A stretch of DNA of 63,929 nucleotides, filler included, from Octopus bimaculoides (lineage: Eukaryota), in NCBI RefSeq assembly GCF_001194135.2. It is 3 parts of 3 records of this genome, joined end to end, with 100 filler letters (N's around TTAATTAATTAA, not from the genome) between each part and the next. Parts side by side here need not be neighbours in the genome. Positions count along the whole stretch, not along the records: positions 47,623 to 63,929 come from NC_069002.1; 2 more parts are not named here. One strand, given 5' to 3'. Positions 63,691-63,929 of the stretch are shown here, piece after piece; the first letter of the stretch is position 1; each line of letters starts with the position of its first letter. Position numbers and translations under genes: made by a program. The notes beneath the pieces are model-generated. The model searched no databases, was not told the DNA's origin, and saw only the letters and a list, made by a program, of their open reading frames with translations.

Positions 63691-63738
63691 GTTCACAACG
63701 CAATATTAACAAGTATTTCTGCTTGATCTATACACTTT

Positions 63739-63929
63739 ATAGGAAAGTGGTTATACACCATTAGGTGTACACCCGCTTTCCTATATTAAATTCTAAATAA
63801 TAACGGAACGCAGAATTCTGAACTATGAACACAACAATATTTATTTATGGAGGAAATAGGCTTGGTTGCTGAGACGTTGGAATGTTGGAATGAGCTGTCC
63901 CCAGAGTTGGAATGCTGGAGAGACAGCTT
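63739..63929 (-). mobile_element. LTR family copy (3' end; truncated by the window edge)
   Basis: Collinear with 24930-25140. Confidence 0.8.

Overview
AT-rich, gap-ridden, repeat-dense eukaryotic DNA. The SINE families, microsatellite load and LINE types point to a cephalopod, probably Octopus (inferred from recognising the repeat families, not from a search). One convincing protein-coding gene is present: a divergent Ser/Thr kinase on the minus strand (37412-38320) with an uninterrupted ORF. It is TSSK/CAMK-like but has HRDIT and DWG instead of HRDLK and DFG. The rest is mostly mobile-element debris: a Gypsy-like LTR/gag fragment, a solo-LTR family (one clean copy with TG..CA ends and a 4-bp TSD), RTE and L1/Tx1 LINE pieces, a mariner, hAT and pogo-like MITEs, and many tRNA-derived SINEs. 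The most interesting signal is a Penelope-like element (PLE) system. There are three RT/GIY-YIG remnants and about nine minimal type I hammerhead-ribozyme motifs, whose stem III sequences differ but stay palindromic. One PLE has its GIY and YIG half-motifs split by a 588-nt (196-codon) Thr/Ala/Pro-rich insert, versus 12 and 17 codons in the other two. No CRISPR array, rRNA or true tRNA gene was seen. Most listed ORFs are microsatellite or N-gap artefacts. TE boundaries are approximate unless TSD/TIR coordinates are given.
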